From: Azolla caroliniana
Taxonomy: Eukaryota; Plantae; Polypodiophyta
Length of the DNA: 64,000 bases
Direction: 5' to 3'
NCBI GenBank assembly: GCA_043228905.1
Contig: JBHGNT010000021.1
Location: forward strand, 12,958,001-13,022,000
The notes under the pieces are model-generated. The model saw only the letters and a program-made list of their open reading frames with translations, made no database searches and had not been told where the DNA came from. Of the stretch, positions 12,455 through 24,646 are shown in pieces; position 1 is the first letter of the stretch, and each line of letters starts with the position of its first letter. The position numbers and the translations under genes are program-made.

Positions 12455-13260
12455 GATCTGTTGAGACAATGCCCTCATCCAACGAACCTACATCACACAC
12501 AAGTGAAATTTAAGTCAGCAAAATGTTGGTAGCCACGATTGATTGTATACCTAATGGAGAGATGGAGAGATGGAGAAAACCAAATGGATTGGATGTCCCC
12601 ATCAGTCATCGTTCCAAATAATAATGTCAAAATCTGCATACGCATTGACTATCGTCGATTGAACAAAGCTACAGTCCATGACAACTATCTAGTCTCGTAC
12701 CCGAACATCTATTAGAGAGAATAGAGGGGAAGGTAGACTATAGTCTTATCGACGGATTCTCTAAATATGTACAACCAAATCTCGATAGTGCCCAAAGATC
12801 AACATAACATTGCCTTTTTTGCCATTGAATTTGGGATATTCATGTACCAACACATGTCATTTGGTCTGACACACACCTCACCTCTAAGTACCTATCAAGG
12901 AACGAGGGGCATACTACATCATTGCATCCAACCTTCACAAATGGTGTTGAATCCTATGTCGATGACCTGTGTTGCCACTCCACGCACAAAGAACACCTCC
13001 AACTACTACATACGATGTTCGAGAAATGCCAGGAGTAGCAACTCTCACTTAAATCCCTTGAGTGCTAAATTTGTGTCAAATATAGACTTATCCTTGGGTC
13101 AATGTGGTATCGAAAGATGGCGACATCTCTACATATGAAGCAAAAGTCAAGACTAAGCAACTTATACTAAACATTCTCACACCCCACGAATGAAAAACAA
13201 GTGCAAGGATTCCTGGGCTATGTGGGATACTACATACGCTTCATCAAGGATGTTCACCGA
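12455..13260 (+). mobile_element. Degenerate Ty3/Gypsy reverse transcriptase fragment
   Basis: WMSPSVIVP..IDYRRLNKATVHD..DGFS..YNQISI..FGL..VQGFLGYVGYY, with many frameshifts. Confidence 0.8.
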
Positions 13261-13270
13261 GAAAGCTTAG

Positions 13271-14154
13271 TACACATTCGGTTAAGTGTGTGCCCACTTA
13301 AGTGCGTTAGTTTTCTATTAAGTGTGTTTATTATTATTATAGAGGTCAAAATCGAAATCAATAAATTTACATTGTTTCATGACGAAATTACATTAAACCA
13401 AATTGAAACTATGTTCCACACATTCAGAAACAACAAAAGGAGGTTTTGTGTCTATGTGCGTGTCATGTGTTCTATGTGTGTGTTGTGTGTGTGTTTACAA
13501 TTACGAGTATGTGATTTTGATTCTTGATTAAAGAACATAAGCAAAGAAGGGCAAACAATTATTGATGATTGTGAATAGTCAAGTTTTTGTAGTGATTAGC
13601 CGTGAACGCGAGCTCTCATTCTCCATGTGCAACAAAACTTCCATCTATTGTTCTTCTCTTTCTGTGTGTGCTTGTGCCACGTGCATGCGTGCTCTTTTCC
13701 TACACGAGAAAGCCTCTCTCCCTCCCTCTCTCTTTCTGTGCATCTTCTTTATTCTCAAAGATGACAGAAGTTGCAGCCTGTGATTTGTCCATTGCTCCCT
13801 CGCACTCCTTTCCTGTCACCTCCATTTGCACTTCGATTCCTCAAACCTGCTGCCACTAGGAAGAAGACGCAAGAAAAAAACTCATTGCATCCAAGGAAGT
13901 TCATTAGTTTTGTTGCATAATAGATGTATTCCTCAAGACGTAGCAAAAAGGTGAAAACTAAAGGTAATCTAGAATTGAGAAAGAAACTGAAGAGTGTGTA
14001 TGCTGAAACCAGAAACGTTTCAGGTCAATTATATCACGTAAATTGATCACTTTCCTTATCAAGAATTGTATGATTGGAGCACAGAAGGAAAATATTTCCG
14101 AAAACCCTAAAATGTTTTAGAAAACCTCTAAGTGCGCACTTAACCAAATGTCTA
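13271..14154. mobile_element. Non-autonomous TIR element (possibly Tc1/mariner-type, TA-flanked)
   Basis: Left TACACATTCGGTTAAGTG versus right CACTTAACCAAATGTCTA (inverted, 2 mismatches), with further subterminal similarity and no ORF. Confidence 0.55.
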
Positions 14155-14406
14155 TTCTATTGTACATATGTACATACATACATAGCTACGTTACAACGGG
14201 TTTTTCTTTTTCTTTTTCCCGGTGTAGTTTTGTCCGGCGTAGTTTTTTTGTCCGGACGGACAGAAAGACCGACCCATCATCATCATCATCATCACCATCC
14301 ATCCATCCATCGAACTCAGAGATCACACAGACAGACACACAGACACACAGAGAGACAGAAAGACAGAGAGACAGAAAGACAGAGAGAGAGATAGAGAGAT
14401 CAAGCT

Positions 14407-14668
14407 ATGGCGGAGCACCTGGCTTCCATATTCGGCACGGAGAAGGATCGCGTGAACTGCCCCTTCTACTTCAAGATCGGGGCTTGCCGCCATGGCGACC
14501 GCTGCTCCCGCATCCACAACAAACCTACCATCAGCCCCACCATACTGTTCTCCAACATGTACCAGAAGCCCGACTATGGCGCCAGCATCACCCTCGGTCT
14601 CGACATGGCTGCCTCCTCCGCCGCCGTCTCTGATCCGCGCAAGATCCAGGAACACTTCGAGGTCACCT

Positions 14669-14716
<48 letters not shown>

Positions 14717-16969
14717 CTTTCCTCCCTTCTTTGAGATCCACAGATGTATGGTCGCTTGATTTTTGACTAAAATTATGCTCCTTTCATTCTTTTCTCCATT
14801 CCTCGCTAACCATTATTTTCTTTCTTTCATCTTATAGTTTAGTTGTCTTTCTTGCCTCCTCCTCCTCCTTTGCTTTTGTGTGAAGTTGAACCATCCTGTT
14901 GCGGGGAATTTTCACTTGATGATCAAGTTTTGTCTCTTCTCCTCTATGTTAAAAAACAGGATTTTTACGAAGACATATTCGAGGAGCTAAGCAAGTATGG
15001 GGAGCTGGAAAGCCTAAACGTTTGTGACAATATGGCTGATCATATGGTATATTTATTACTACTATTTTCGATAATCGATTCTCCTTTGTTAATGTATTCT
15101 TGGTTTAAATCGTTGTTTATGCTTATCATATAAACTATACAGGTTGGTAATGTCTATGCCCAATTCCGTGAAGAAGAGGAAGCAGCAGCAGCTCTACAAG
15201 GAATGAGAGGGAGGTTCTATGCAGGCATGTGTTTTGTACATATATAATGATTTCCGACATCCCGCAATCGATTGTGTTCAAGATTTTGATGAGTTTTTTA
15301 GTGGAAAAGGGTAACCTTTTGTATTCGGAATGGATCGATTCTTACTGACTCGTCGTATACACAGGCCGTCCTATCATTCTAGACTTCTCACCAGTTACTG
15401 ACTTCAGAGAGGCTACATGCAGGCAGTATGAAGAGAATACGTGTAACCGTGGTGGATACTGTAATTTTATGCATTTGAAGAAAACAAGCAGGTTATATCT
15501 GAACCCAAACAGGACGTGAACATAATGTGAAATTTGATTGTTCGTCCTTGAAAGAATGAGAATTTATTTGTTCGGCTGCATGAAAGAACATGAAAGTAAA
15601 TTGATTGGTCATGGAAGAATGTCAACAGAGTATATGTATTGTTTGACTGTGAAACAATGTGAAGAGAATAGGATTTGTTATCTTACCATCGAAGAATGCG
15701 AATATAATGTGTGTTGTTTTGATCACATGTAGCAATGGGCATGGTTTCAGCTCAAAGTGAACCGAACCGTTAAGCCATGGTTTAACGGTTTATTGGTTCC
15801 AAAAAAATTTAATGGTTTGGTTTGGATTCTCGATAAACGGTTCGGTTCTAAAACTCGGGTTTACAGGTTTATAGGTTTTTGGTTAACTTTTTTTTTACCT
15901 TTATAGTTTATTGATTTAATGGTTTTTTATTGATTTAGTTAATTTAACTTAAATTTTTATTTAATTTAATTGTTCAATTAAAGTTTCTTTTATTGATTTA
16001 ATAAATTTAACTTGAATGCTTATTTAATTTAATGTACTTTTGTTTATTTAGATGTTTAATTTAGTTTGACTTATATGGTTAGGTTTAAATTTTTTATTAA
16101 ATGGTTCAGTTTGGTTTTAAGTGGTTTGGTTTTGACTTTTTCTTAAATGGTTTGGTTTAAATACTGAGAGTTCATTAACGGTTTGGTTTTGTTTTTGTTT
16201 TAAATAAACGGTTCGGTTTCTTTGCCTTGAAACCAAACCAAACCGAAACCGAGCCGTGCCCATTGCTAATCACATGAACATAACGACCAAGTGTCAAAGA
16301 ACATGAATGTTATATAGATAGTTGTTGAACATGAAAGAATGGGAACATGATTTCATTTGGTTTGACTGTGAAATTATGTAAACATGACGTGAATTGTTTT
16401 AAACACGTAAGAAGAATTTGAATGCATTTTAAACAAGAATACCTTACATTATGTTGGCCACAAAAGAGTGAAGATGATGTGAATTGTTTTGACCATGAAA
16501 GAATGTGAACATAATGTGACTTGTTTTGCGCATGAAGGAATGTGAACATGGTGTGAACCTTCTTTAAAAAAATCTCAGGGAGATGCGAAGGAAGTTATTT
16601 GGGAGGTATCGGAGGAGCAACAAGAGCCGAAGCCGAAGCAGAAGCCGGAGCCAAAGTCGTAGCCCAAGACGAGAGCATGAGAACAAACGCGAAAGGCATT
16701 ATGGTGACCATCACAGTTATGGCGGACGAGCCATGAAGCATGGGAGTGCCCCAGATGACCGCCGGTATGAACGTGATGACCGTAGGCCTAGAAGAAGAGA
16801 CGATGATAGAGTTCATAGCCCATCGGTCCGAAGGCGGAGTCCTTCTGGACACAGAGATAGAAACCCTGTGAGAGAGGGAAGTGCTGAACGAAGAGCGAAA
16901 ATTGAGCAGTGGAATAGAGAGCGAGATGGGCGGCACCAATCCGATGATGGGAATGAAAATGGGCACTAA
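14407..16969 (+). CDS. U2AF1: Splicing factor U2AF small subunit (U2AF35); exons 14407-14661, 14960-15046, 15143-15224, 15365-15491, 16579-16969
   Basis: [35 protein letters not shown] (ZnF1), UHM, ZnF2 [21 protein letters not shown] domain and plant SERE motif [17 protein letters not shown]. Exons join in frame. Intron 3 is GC-AG. Confidence 0.96.
14671..14712. repeat. (CT)n microsatellite in U2AF1 intron 1
   Basis: Seen directly. Confidence 0.95.
15510..16550. repeat. Degenerate minisatellite (..ATGTGAATTGTTTTGACCATGAAAGAATGTGAAC..) in U2AF1 intron 4, split by a MITE
   Basis: Recurring GAAAGAATG/GTGAACAT/TTGTTTT units on both sides of the MITE. Confidence 0.55.
15730..16268. mobile_element. 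Intact hAT-type MITE in U2AF1 intron 4
   Basis: TIR TAGCAATGGGCA...TGCCCATTGCTA, perfect 8-bp TSD ATCACATG, GGTTT subterminal repeats. Confidence 0.95.
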
Positions 16970-18737
16970 GAACGTAAGAAATCGTTGTATCATTTTTTAT
17001 GTGCTGCTTAATGGGTAATCTGGTTTTGGCTTGACTTGGCTAACAAATCTAGGTTACAGGTAGGTTTATGATTTGTGTGGATATGCTAAAGGATCATATA
17101 ATAGGTCAAAACGATTCGAATATTTGCACTTTCGGGCCTTTCACTATTCTTCTTTGATTAACCCAACAAAATCTTTTGAAGTAGAACAACAGGTAGATCT
17201 CACTTTGAGGCTTCCAGAGGCTGCTCACATTGTAGGTTGATTTTGTGGCTACCCTATGTAGCTCACACTATAGCTTGATTTTTGTGCAGGTTTGCAGGTT
17301 GAGGATTCCATTCACATTAAAAACTATGTAATTATTAGATAAATGGAATGATTGTTGGATGCAGGCTGCTTGTTATTGTGAATGTGCATATTTTTCTTCT
17401 CAAGGCCATTTGATAGGTTGCGATGGAAGACGGCACATAGTCAGTTTTGGCATTTTTTAGGTTGCCGTTCCAGGTGTGTACATCATTGGAATATGCTATG
17501 CCAAACTGCTTTCATTCTGAGAAACTTTAGGCATGAGGAAGGGGATGAGGGTAGTGATGGTGAGGATAATGAGAGGTGATGGTGATGCAGTTCCAGGTGT
17601 GTACACCGGAATATGCTATATGGTGATCTGCTTTTGAATGTAGAAGCTTTAGATGCGGTGACAATAATGATGGTATGACGTGCAATGATGATGATGGTAC
17701 ATGCATTGCAATATGCTATCCTAATTTGCTTTTCTGCAGAGAAGTGTTAGATATGATGGTGACCATGATGATCCTTTTGATGGTAATGGTGATGGTTGTA
17801 TGATGGTTTTGTTGGACGAAGATTTACAGGAAGGGTCTTGCGGAAAGATGGCTAGGTTGATGAGGGTTGTTATGTGTAACTTTGTGATAGGTTGGATGCA
17901 GGTTTTCGCACCTTGATGATTTGGTTTGACTATATATGTACATTAATATATATATATATATATACACATCTGCAGGGATATGCAAATGCCTTTCTCCCTA
18001 ATTGCAGCTTTGTGGTACACAGGTGGATAGCTCAAAAATCCATGTTATTCTCAAATCATGATGATGATGCAGGCGCAGGGATGCAATGCATTGCACAGGT
18101 TGTTTTTATGATTGATGCTGATGCTGATGTCGATCTACCGGTGTGTCTGTTACTCATGTGGGCAGTTTGATGTTCGAGTTACAGCATGTGCTTTTCTTCA
18201 GGGTTGCTTTTTAGTGCAAAAAGCAAGGATTTATTATTATTAGGGATTCTCGAGAGAAGTTTCCGAGAAAAGGAAGCATAATGTGATGATAGATAAAAAA
18301 GAGAGTATAACATATCGGCCCTACTTCTATAGGAAGCCGTGGTCTGGAACCTTGTTGGTTAATTTTTTTTCCTCGTTAAAAATCACGAAAACAAATTATA
18401 CTGAACAATTTGATTGATATTTTTTTTGTTGCTTTTTTCTCATGTAGTCTGTGATAGTTTTCTTGCTTTGGATCCTTCTAAATGCCGTAATGCATACATA
18501 AGGTGGTTTCATGAAAAACGATTCGAAACCAGTTTATTTTGTGTTGTGGCATATGTTGATGCACTAAGGGTTTGAGGTTATGAGGTGTGAGAAGGTTATA
18601 TGTAACATTCTGACGTACCACATCGTTACGTTAAACACACTGATTTAGAGCTTTGCTTTTTTTTAAGTATTATCATTGTGATTAGTGTGAAAAGAAAACG
18701 TTATAATAGATCAGTGTGGCCATTAGGTTAAAAGCGC

Positions 18738-18831
18738 CTCGTATAATGAAAGTAATTTAATATCACCAAGATAATTTGAATGAACTCGTATAATGAAAGT
18801 GATTCAGTATCACCAGGATAATTTGAATGAA
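18738..18831. repeat. Tandem duplication, 2 x ~47 bp
   Basis: CTCGTATAATGAAAGT..ATCACCA..GATAATTTGAATGAA occurs twice. Confidence 0.85.
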
Positions 18832-19276
18832 CGGATGTGACAAACAGTGTAAATGAGAAGTTTAGCAACATATGTATTCACCATGGATGTTTGTTTGCTC
18901 CATGCTTGTGTAACGATGATGGCTCTCTCTAACGAGGTTTTCCATTAGAGATGTTAACATTCTCATTTGTTGATCTTCAATGCCCCTTTATATGATATAA
19001 AATGTGGATTAAACAATTAGCAAGTCATTAAACAATCAATTTCTAGCATTAAAAATCCATGTGGTGAATCTCTCCTTGCGGCAAATAGTTACACATTATA
19101 AGAAATGAATATGACGTGTTAGGCTTTACAATTTGTTGGAAATTACCCCCTTCCTCAATAGCGTGGTAGACAAGTCTTCATTTGCAACTCAAGGGAGTTA
19201 CAAATATGAGGGTTGAGGACAGCTTGTAAAGGGCACTACACTAATCTCACAAAATAAATGTAAAAGGTTGTCCTTA

Positions 19277-19348
<72 letters not shown>

Positions 19349-19350
19349 TA
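19277..19350. repeat. Compound microsatellite (TC)n(TA)n(CA)n
   Basis: Seen directly. Confidence 0.95.
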
Positions 19351-20329
19351 CTTCCCTTTTTTGTTTGTAAAAGGTTTTATATAGTGTGATTGGGGAACTC
19401 CGAGAATATTATGAAAATCCACAACAATGTCCACATGATATGTATAGCTCTCGGAAACCCAAGAAAAAAAGGGGATTCAAATAAAAAACAATTGTCAAAA
19501 GACATGTGTGGACATAGATGCATGGACGCTCGCGAGTCACGCACACTTAAACATGCACATGCACATGCTCATGGGCACACACCCATGACCAAAATATCAC
19601 CCTAGATTCCTCAAGGCTTACCTAGCTTGTATATCATGAGAGAGCTTATGTGGCACGACTCCTCCACTTAACCATTGTCAATATACGTGCATTATCTCAA
19701 AAGGTATCCAATGCGCACATGGTAAAGGTGTTCACAACACTTTGTCTTTTTAATTAAAGATATGGATGAATGTAATACGCACAAATCGGATGAGTTCATC
19801 TACTACTCCCTTTGAAACTTTGCGATGTATTATGCTTTGTCATGTTAGGCAAGGGTTGCCGTGTTCCCGAATTTCACATAGTTTGCTGGACATGGGATTT
19901 GCTTGCAATTCGTACAATATGAGTGGTGCTTGTTTGACTCGAACTCATCCTCCACACTACCCCTCCAGTAACCATTAAACATTGACAATGAACATGTGGA
20001 ATTACATAGCACTCCCCCCCCCCCAAACACTAGAATTTCCCCATCTCTCTCTCTCTCTCTCTCACTCACTCACACACACTTATATCCACATCTTCACAAT
20101 GAGATAACTACACATCTAGCTAGACACGCACACATTCAAAGGTCTTTGGGAGTCTTGAAAATCAGCCATTTCATCATCTTTAACCTCCAATTCCAATGCC
20201 TTGTCTTTGATCACACATATAGCCGCTAAACACCACTTACTACTTGCTTATTACTTACCACTTCCTTCTTAACAGTACCACTTTTCCACCACTACTAACA
20301 TTAAGTGCCATACTAAAGGATTAAGCTTG

Positions 20330-21811
20330 ATGGGAATTGGTGGCGGCAGCAATGGAGGCAGTGGCGGCACCACCGATCTTTCACATAATATAGAGTTGCC
20401 TGGGGGACATTCAAATCAATTTCAGCAGAAGAATAGGTAATGCTTATATACATGTGCCCAAATGCCAGGTACCACTTCTTTCGTGTCAAATGAAGGTGTA
20501 CTATACCATGTATACAAGATCATGAAGCATGTCTATGTAATGAGAATATCTCCCTCACACATAGTTGTATGTATGCCATCAAGATGCATAATACATATGG
20601 GGACACATAATATATCATGTAGACATGGGGATAACACATGTGAATACATCATATATCATGTAGATGCATATACACATGGGGATATATCATATACCTTCAA
20701 GCACAGATGCATGTACATCATCATATACAAGTATACCATCACATCGAGGTCCATATACACATTAGGATTTCACACCCATAAATGTATATGGACCTCGATG
20801 TGATGGTATACTTGTATATGTATACCATCACATCGAGGATGGACATATGTATATTATGGGGGATACATCATATACATGTATAACATCATGGACATACATG
20901 TATGCTGTTGATCTAGCATGTCACCATGAGAAAATCGATATCCGACATGATACATAACATCGACTTCGCATAACATTGATCTCTCTCCCATAACATTCAC
21001 ACTAGCATGACACTTTTACAACCTCAAGATCTCACATGACACATAACAACATTCAGATCTCGCATAACACATACCCGATCTCGCATAACACATGCACCAT
21101 TTACCTTGCAGGTCAGGCAATGGCCACATGAATGGATGTGTTTACGACGGCCATACATCACTACATGATCATGACAGCCATCATCTACGGAAAAGACATA
21201 ATCAACAACAACAACAAAATGACATTGGACAAAATGACTCATCCTCATCATCAAAATGGCCATGGTCACGCCGAAAACACGTCCATATGTCCGACAGGCC
21301 AACGGGGACACAAGTCCATGTGCAAGCATTAGACGAGATAGTGTCGGTAAATTCTTTCTTCACCGTGGCAGTGTTTATCGGGTTATCATTCACAAACCCA
21401 ACATCGCAAGCGAATCTGGTGGCATCATGTGTGGTAGGGAATGAATATCGCAGCTATTTGCTCATCCTAGAAGTTGTAGCTTTCGGTAGCTACCTAATGT
21501 CGAGCCTCATTGCGCAAGGTCTCAAATTGCTCATAGTTCTCACCAACGGGAAAGATCATCCCGACCAATCTATGAGTGCCCAAATAAATCCCAAGTTCCT
21601 TAGGTTTGGCATGTTTGTCACTGCCCTTGGTACCATTGTGGGTACAATATTTCTTACCACGTCCATGGTCGTTTTGATACAAATAAGGTTGGGTCACCTT
21701 GTGTGCGATAGCAGCGATTGGTCCAAATGGGCAATTATCCCTTTGGTGACAATGGTCTTTTCTGGCTTGGTGGCCTTTATGTCAGCTGCCTTGTTTGCTT
21801 TCATCACCTAA
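20330..21811 (+). CDS. MEE60-like (maternal effect embryo arrest 60 family) multi-pass membrane protein; exons 20330-20436, 21112-21811
   Basis: VHVQALDEIVSVNSFFTVAVFIGLS..EVVAFGSYLMSSLIAQGLKL..IQIRLG family motifs and about 4 hydrophobic helices. The upstream ATG exon splices in frame (AG|GTAATG..TTGCAG|G). Confidence 0.82.
20722..20820. repeat. Perfect 38-bp inverted repeat (hairpin) in an intron
   Basis: 20722-20759 is the exact reverse complement of 20783-20820. Confidence 0.95.
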
Positions 21812-24646
21812 GATTTAAGCCACATTTCTATGCTATTGTTGCCCTTCATGTGAACTAAGTTCTCTCATGTGTTGGTGAACCATCTCATTCTATCTCAATT
21901 CAAGAAGTTTTGGAGTGCTTCTGGTTTCCTCTTGTGGGTGTGTGTTGGGATCAATCCTAGTTTTGACAAGCTCTTTCGTATATTTGGTTTCTTGGGGGCG
22001 ATGACTCTAAAACCATATTTTTCGACCTCATTAAATTGAGCCAAACTCTAGGCTTTGCGGACATACTAGTTGTCCCTCGGTCAAGTCCATCATGGTAGCA
22101 ACTAACCACTGATCCATGAAATGCCTTCCAAGCATCATTGGGTTTGTCTCTTCATGCTCATTATACTTCTCATGACATCCAGAGCATCCTAATGTGCCCT
22201 TTTCATTGAATGTTTCTAGTTAATCGAGTATAGGAAACCTCTAGCTCTCTATCTTTGTATCGATTCTTTGTGGGGTTTCACCTCTCTTACATGTGATATA
22301 ATTTATCTCAGACATCAAGTGTGTTGGGGTTGTATGTCTTCTTGTTGGATTGATTGGCACACGACATATAAAACATCCCTATTATATAAAAAAGCTCAAA
22401 TAATCACACCTTCATATGTTGTTGACAAAAAATCTCCCATCATGACTTTATGGCAACATAAGTATGTGTAAGTTTTTAAGATAAAGTAGTGAGATCACGT
22501 GAAAAGTGGTTTGTTTCATAATGAAAATTTCTAGCCTTTACAATGCCCTAAATAGTTAAGTTCCCCAATGTTTGTTTTCATTAAGAGTGTCAATACGAAT
22601 TCTAGGATGTCATATTGTTATAAGCATGAGACATATTCTCAATGGTAACAAGACAATGTGTGCTAGAACATACCCCCCACCAATTTGATCTAATGAACTA
22701 TCGCTTATAAAAATTCATGGCCTTACCCTATTAAAATAATTAGGTTGTATATGGCTTCAAGTATGATAATGTGGTGTTGAAGCTTGGGAACCTTAAGATT
22801 GTGGATGATCAAGTATCCAATAAATGTGTCTAATGTTGAATCATGCCCACTTGTATTTTGCTTCTAGAACAATGTTGAGCTACAAATTCACTTTTCCACA
22901 AGTTGAGGGTTGCTTATTTGATATCATCAACTTATAGCAAACTTTATAAATGTCTATTCTCACAACACTTCCCCTCAAATATTGTGGTTCCAACCATAAA
23001 TATGTCAAAGAAAATGCAAGAGTACCTCGGTTCTAATTCCATACAAAAATAGATAAGAGAGTTATGAACAACTAGTGTTTTCTATATAGAAAGCAAATCA
23101 TCGTTTTAACACACACATGTTTCCAGCATTTATTATTGTATCATAGACATTCTTATTATGCAGCTTTAGAGGGTTTTCATTATCATAATCCTACATTTCT
23201 CCACGCTCGAATAATTAATCACTAACGACAACCAAAGCTATAAGAACTTAGAAGTTTTGATGACTTTACGGACTTGTACTCGGATGTGGGTTTCTTTGAG
23301 TATTTTAATACATCTTACTTTTTATCAATCTAAAACCAAAATAGTAGAGACGTGTGCATTTGGATTGGAATTTTCATATGAAGATTGATATTTGACATTT
23401 TAGAGATGAATGGTCTAGTGCATACGACAAGCGCAATATGCTCATAAATAACTTGCAAATTTCCTCTTTTCTTGTGAATTTTTAAAACTATACAAACTTT
23501 TTGCATTGTACTTATTCAATTGAACCAGGGCTTCGTATTTTGAAGGTTGACATAAATGAAGCTCGAAACATCTAATACTTGTGTGCCATCACTTCTCAAG
23601 TGAAGAATCAAATAGTTATTTGTATCCATTTGCTTCCGTGCCATAGGAAATGTCGTTTCATACAATAAGAAACTTCATTTTTTAAGTGTTACAATGAGAT
23701 GTTTCACCGCTAGGCCTAATACATACATCAAACATTTGAATCTAAACCATCAACGTTTAAACAATAATGACCGAAAAAGATAGATATATATTGGAATGAA
23801 AATTCTCTTTCTAATTATAGATAGAATCTACCTTTACATATTTATTAATTAAAATTAATCCATAAGTTATAAAACACGTCCATAATAGAGGTTTGCTAAG
23901 AATTTGCATGAACAAATGAGAAAGATGGAGTTAGTGAGATGTTATAGAAGTCCCCATAGATAAAGAGCAAAGCCAATATGTAAATGATAGAAACTTTCAT
24001 ATGCGATTTGGAGAGGACAAATCAATACATGATTGAAAGAAGAAAAAGGAAAGGAATTTTCAAGTTCTTATTTTTCTCTAAGAAGAATAAATACATTGAC
24101 CTTTCAAAATTTCAAAAACTACTCTCTTTCAGAATTCCTATTTTTATATTTGTTGCTGCCACCATAATTTAGGAAAGCCCAAATAACCTATGATCATTCA
24201 AATACAAGAGAACTAAAGAGAATATTGCGACATAACTTGCATTTATGTTCATATGTGCAACATGTTGGACAAACCATGAATGATATTAATGATATTAATA
24301 TAAAATGGGTAATATGAGACAGACTAGCCTTAACATAAAATAGTCCTAAATGAAACGAGAGTTCATTTTCCATTGGAATATAATAGCTAACTTTATATTC
24401 CTACATTATAGTATGTACTATGTATAACAAAAGAGTTTCTCTTTTCTATGTTTAGAAACTGTGTGCACCTTAACAAAAAGTATAATAACTTAATGATTGA
24501 TCGATTCTTTCTTGTCAAGTTTTTCTATCTTTAGGTAGGAAAGCTTAAGAAAGTTAACTATAACACCAATCCAGCTAAATTTCAATGACAATTATATGTG
24601 ACACCATGATTATTGAATCTAAAATTTCCACTTTGATGCATGGATG

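Noticed and set aside
14074-14633. Alternative ORFs with poly-His/Ser upstream of U2AF1
   Set aside because: Produced by (CAT)n and AG-rich repeats in the 5' leader.
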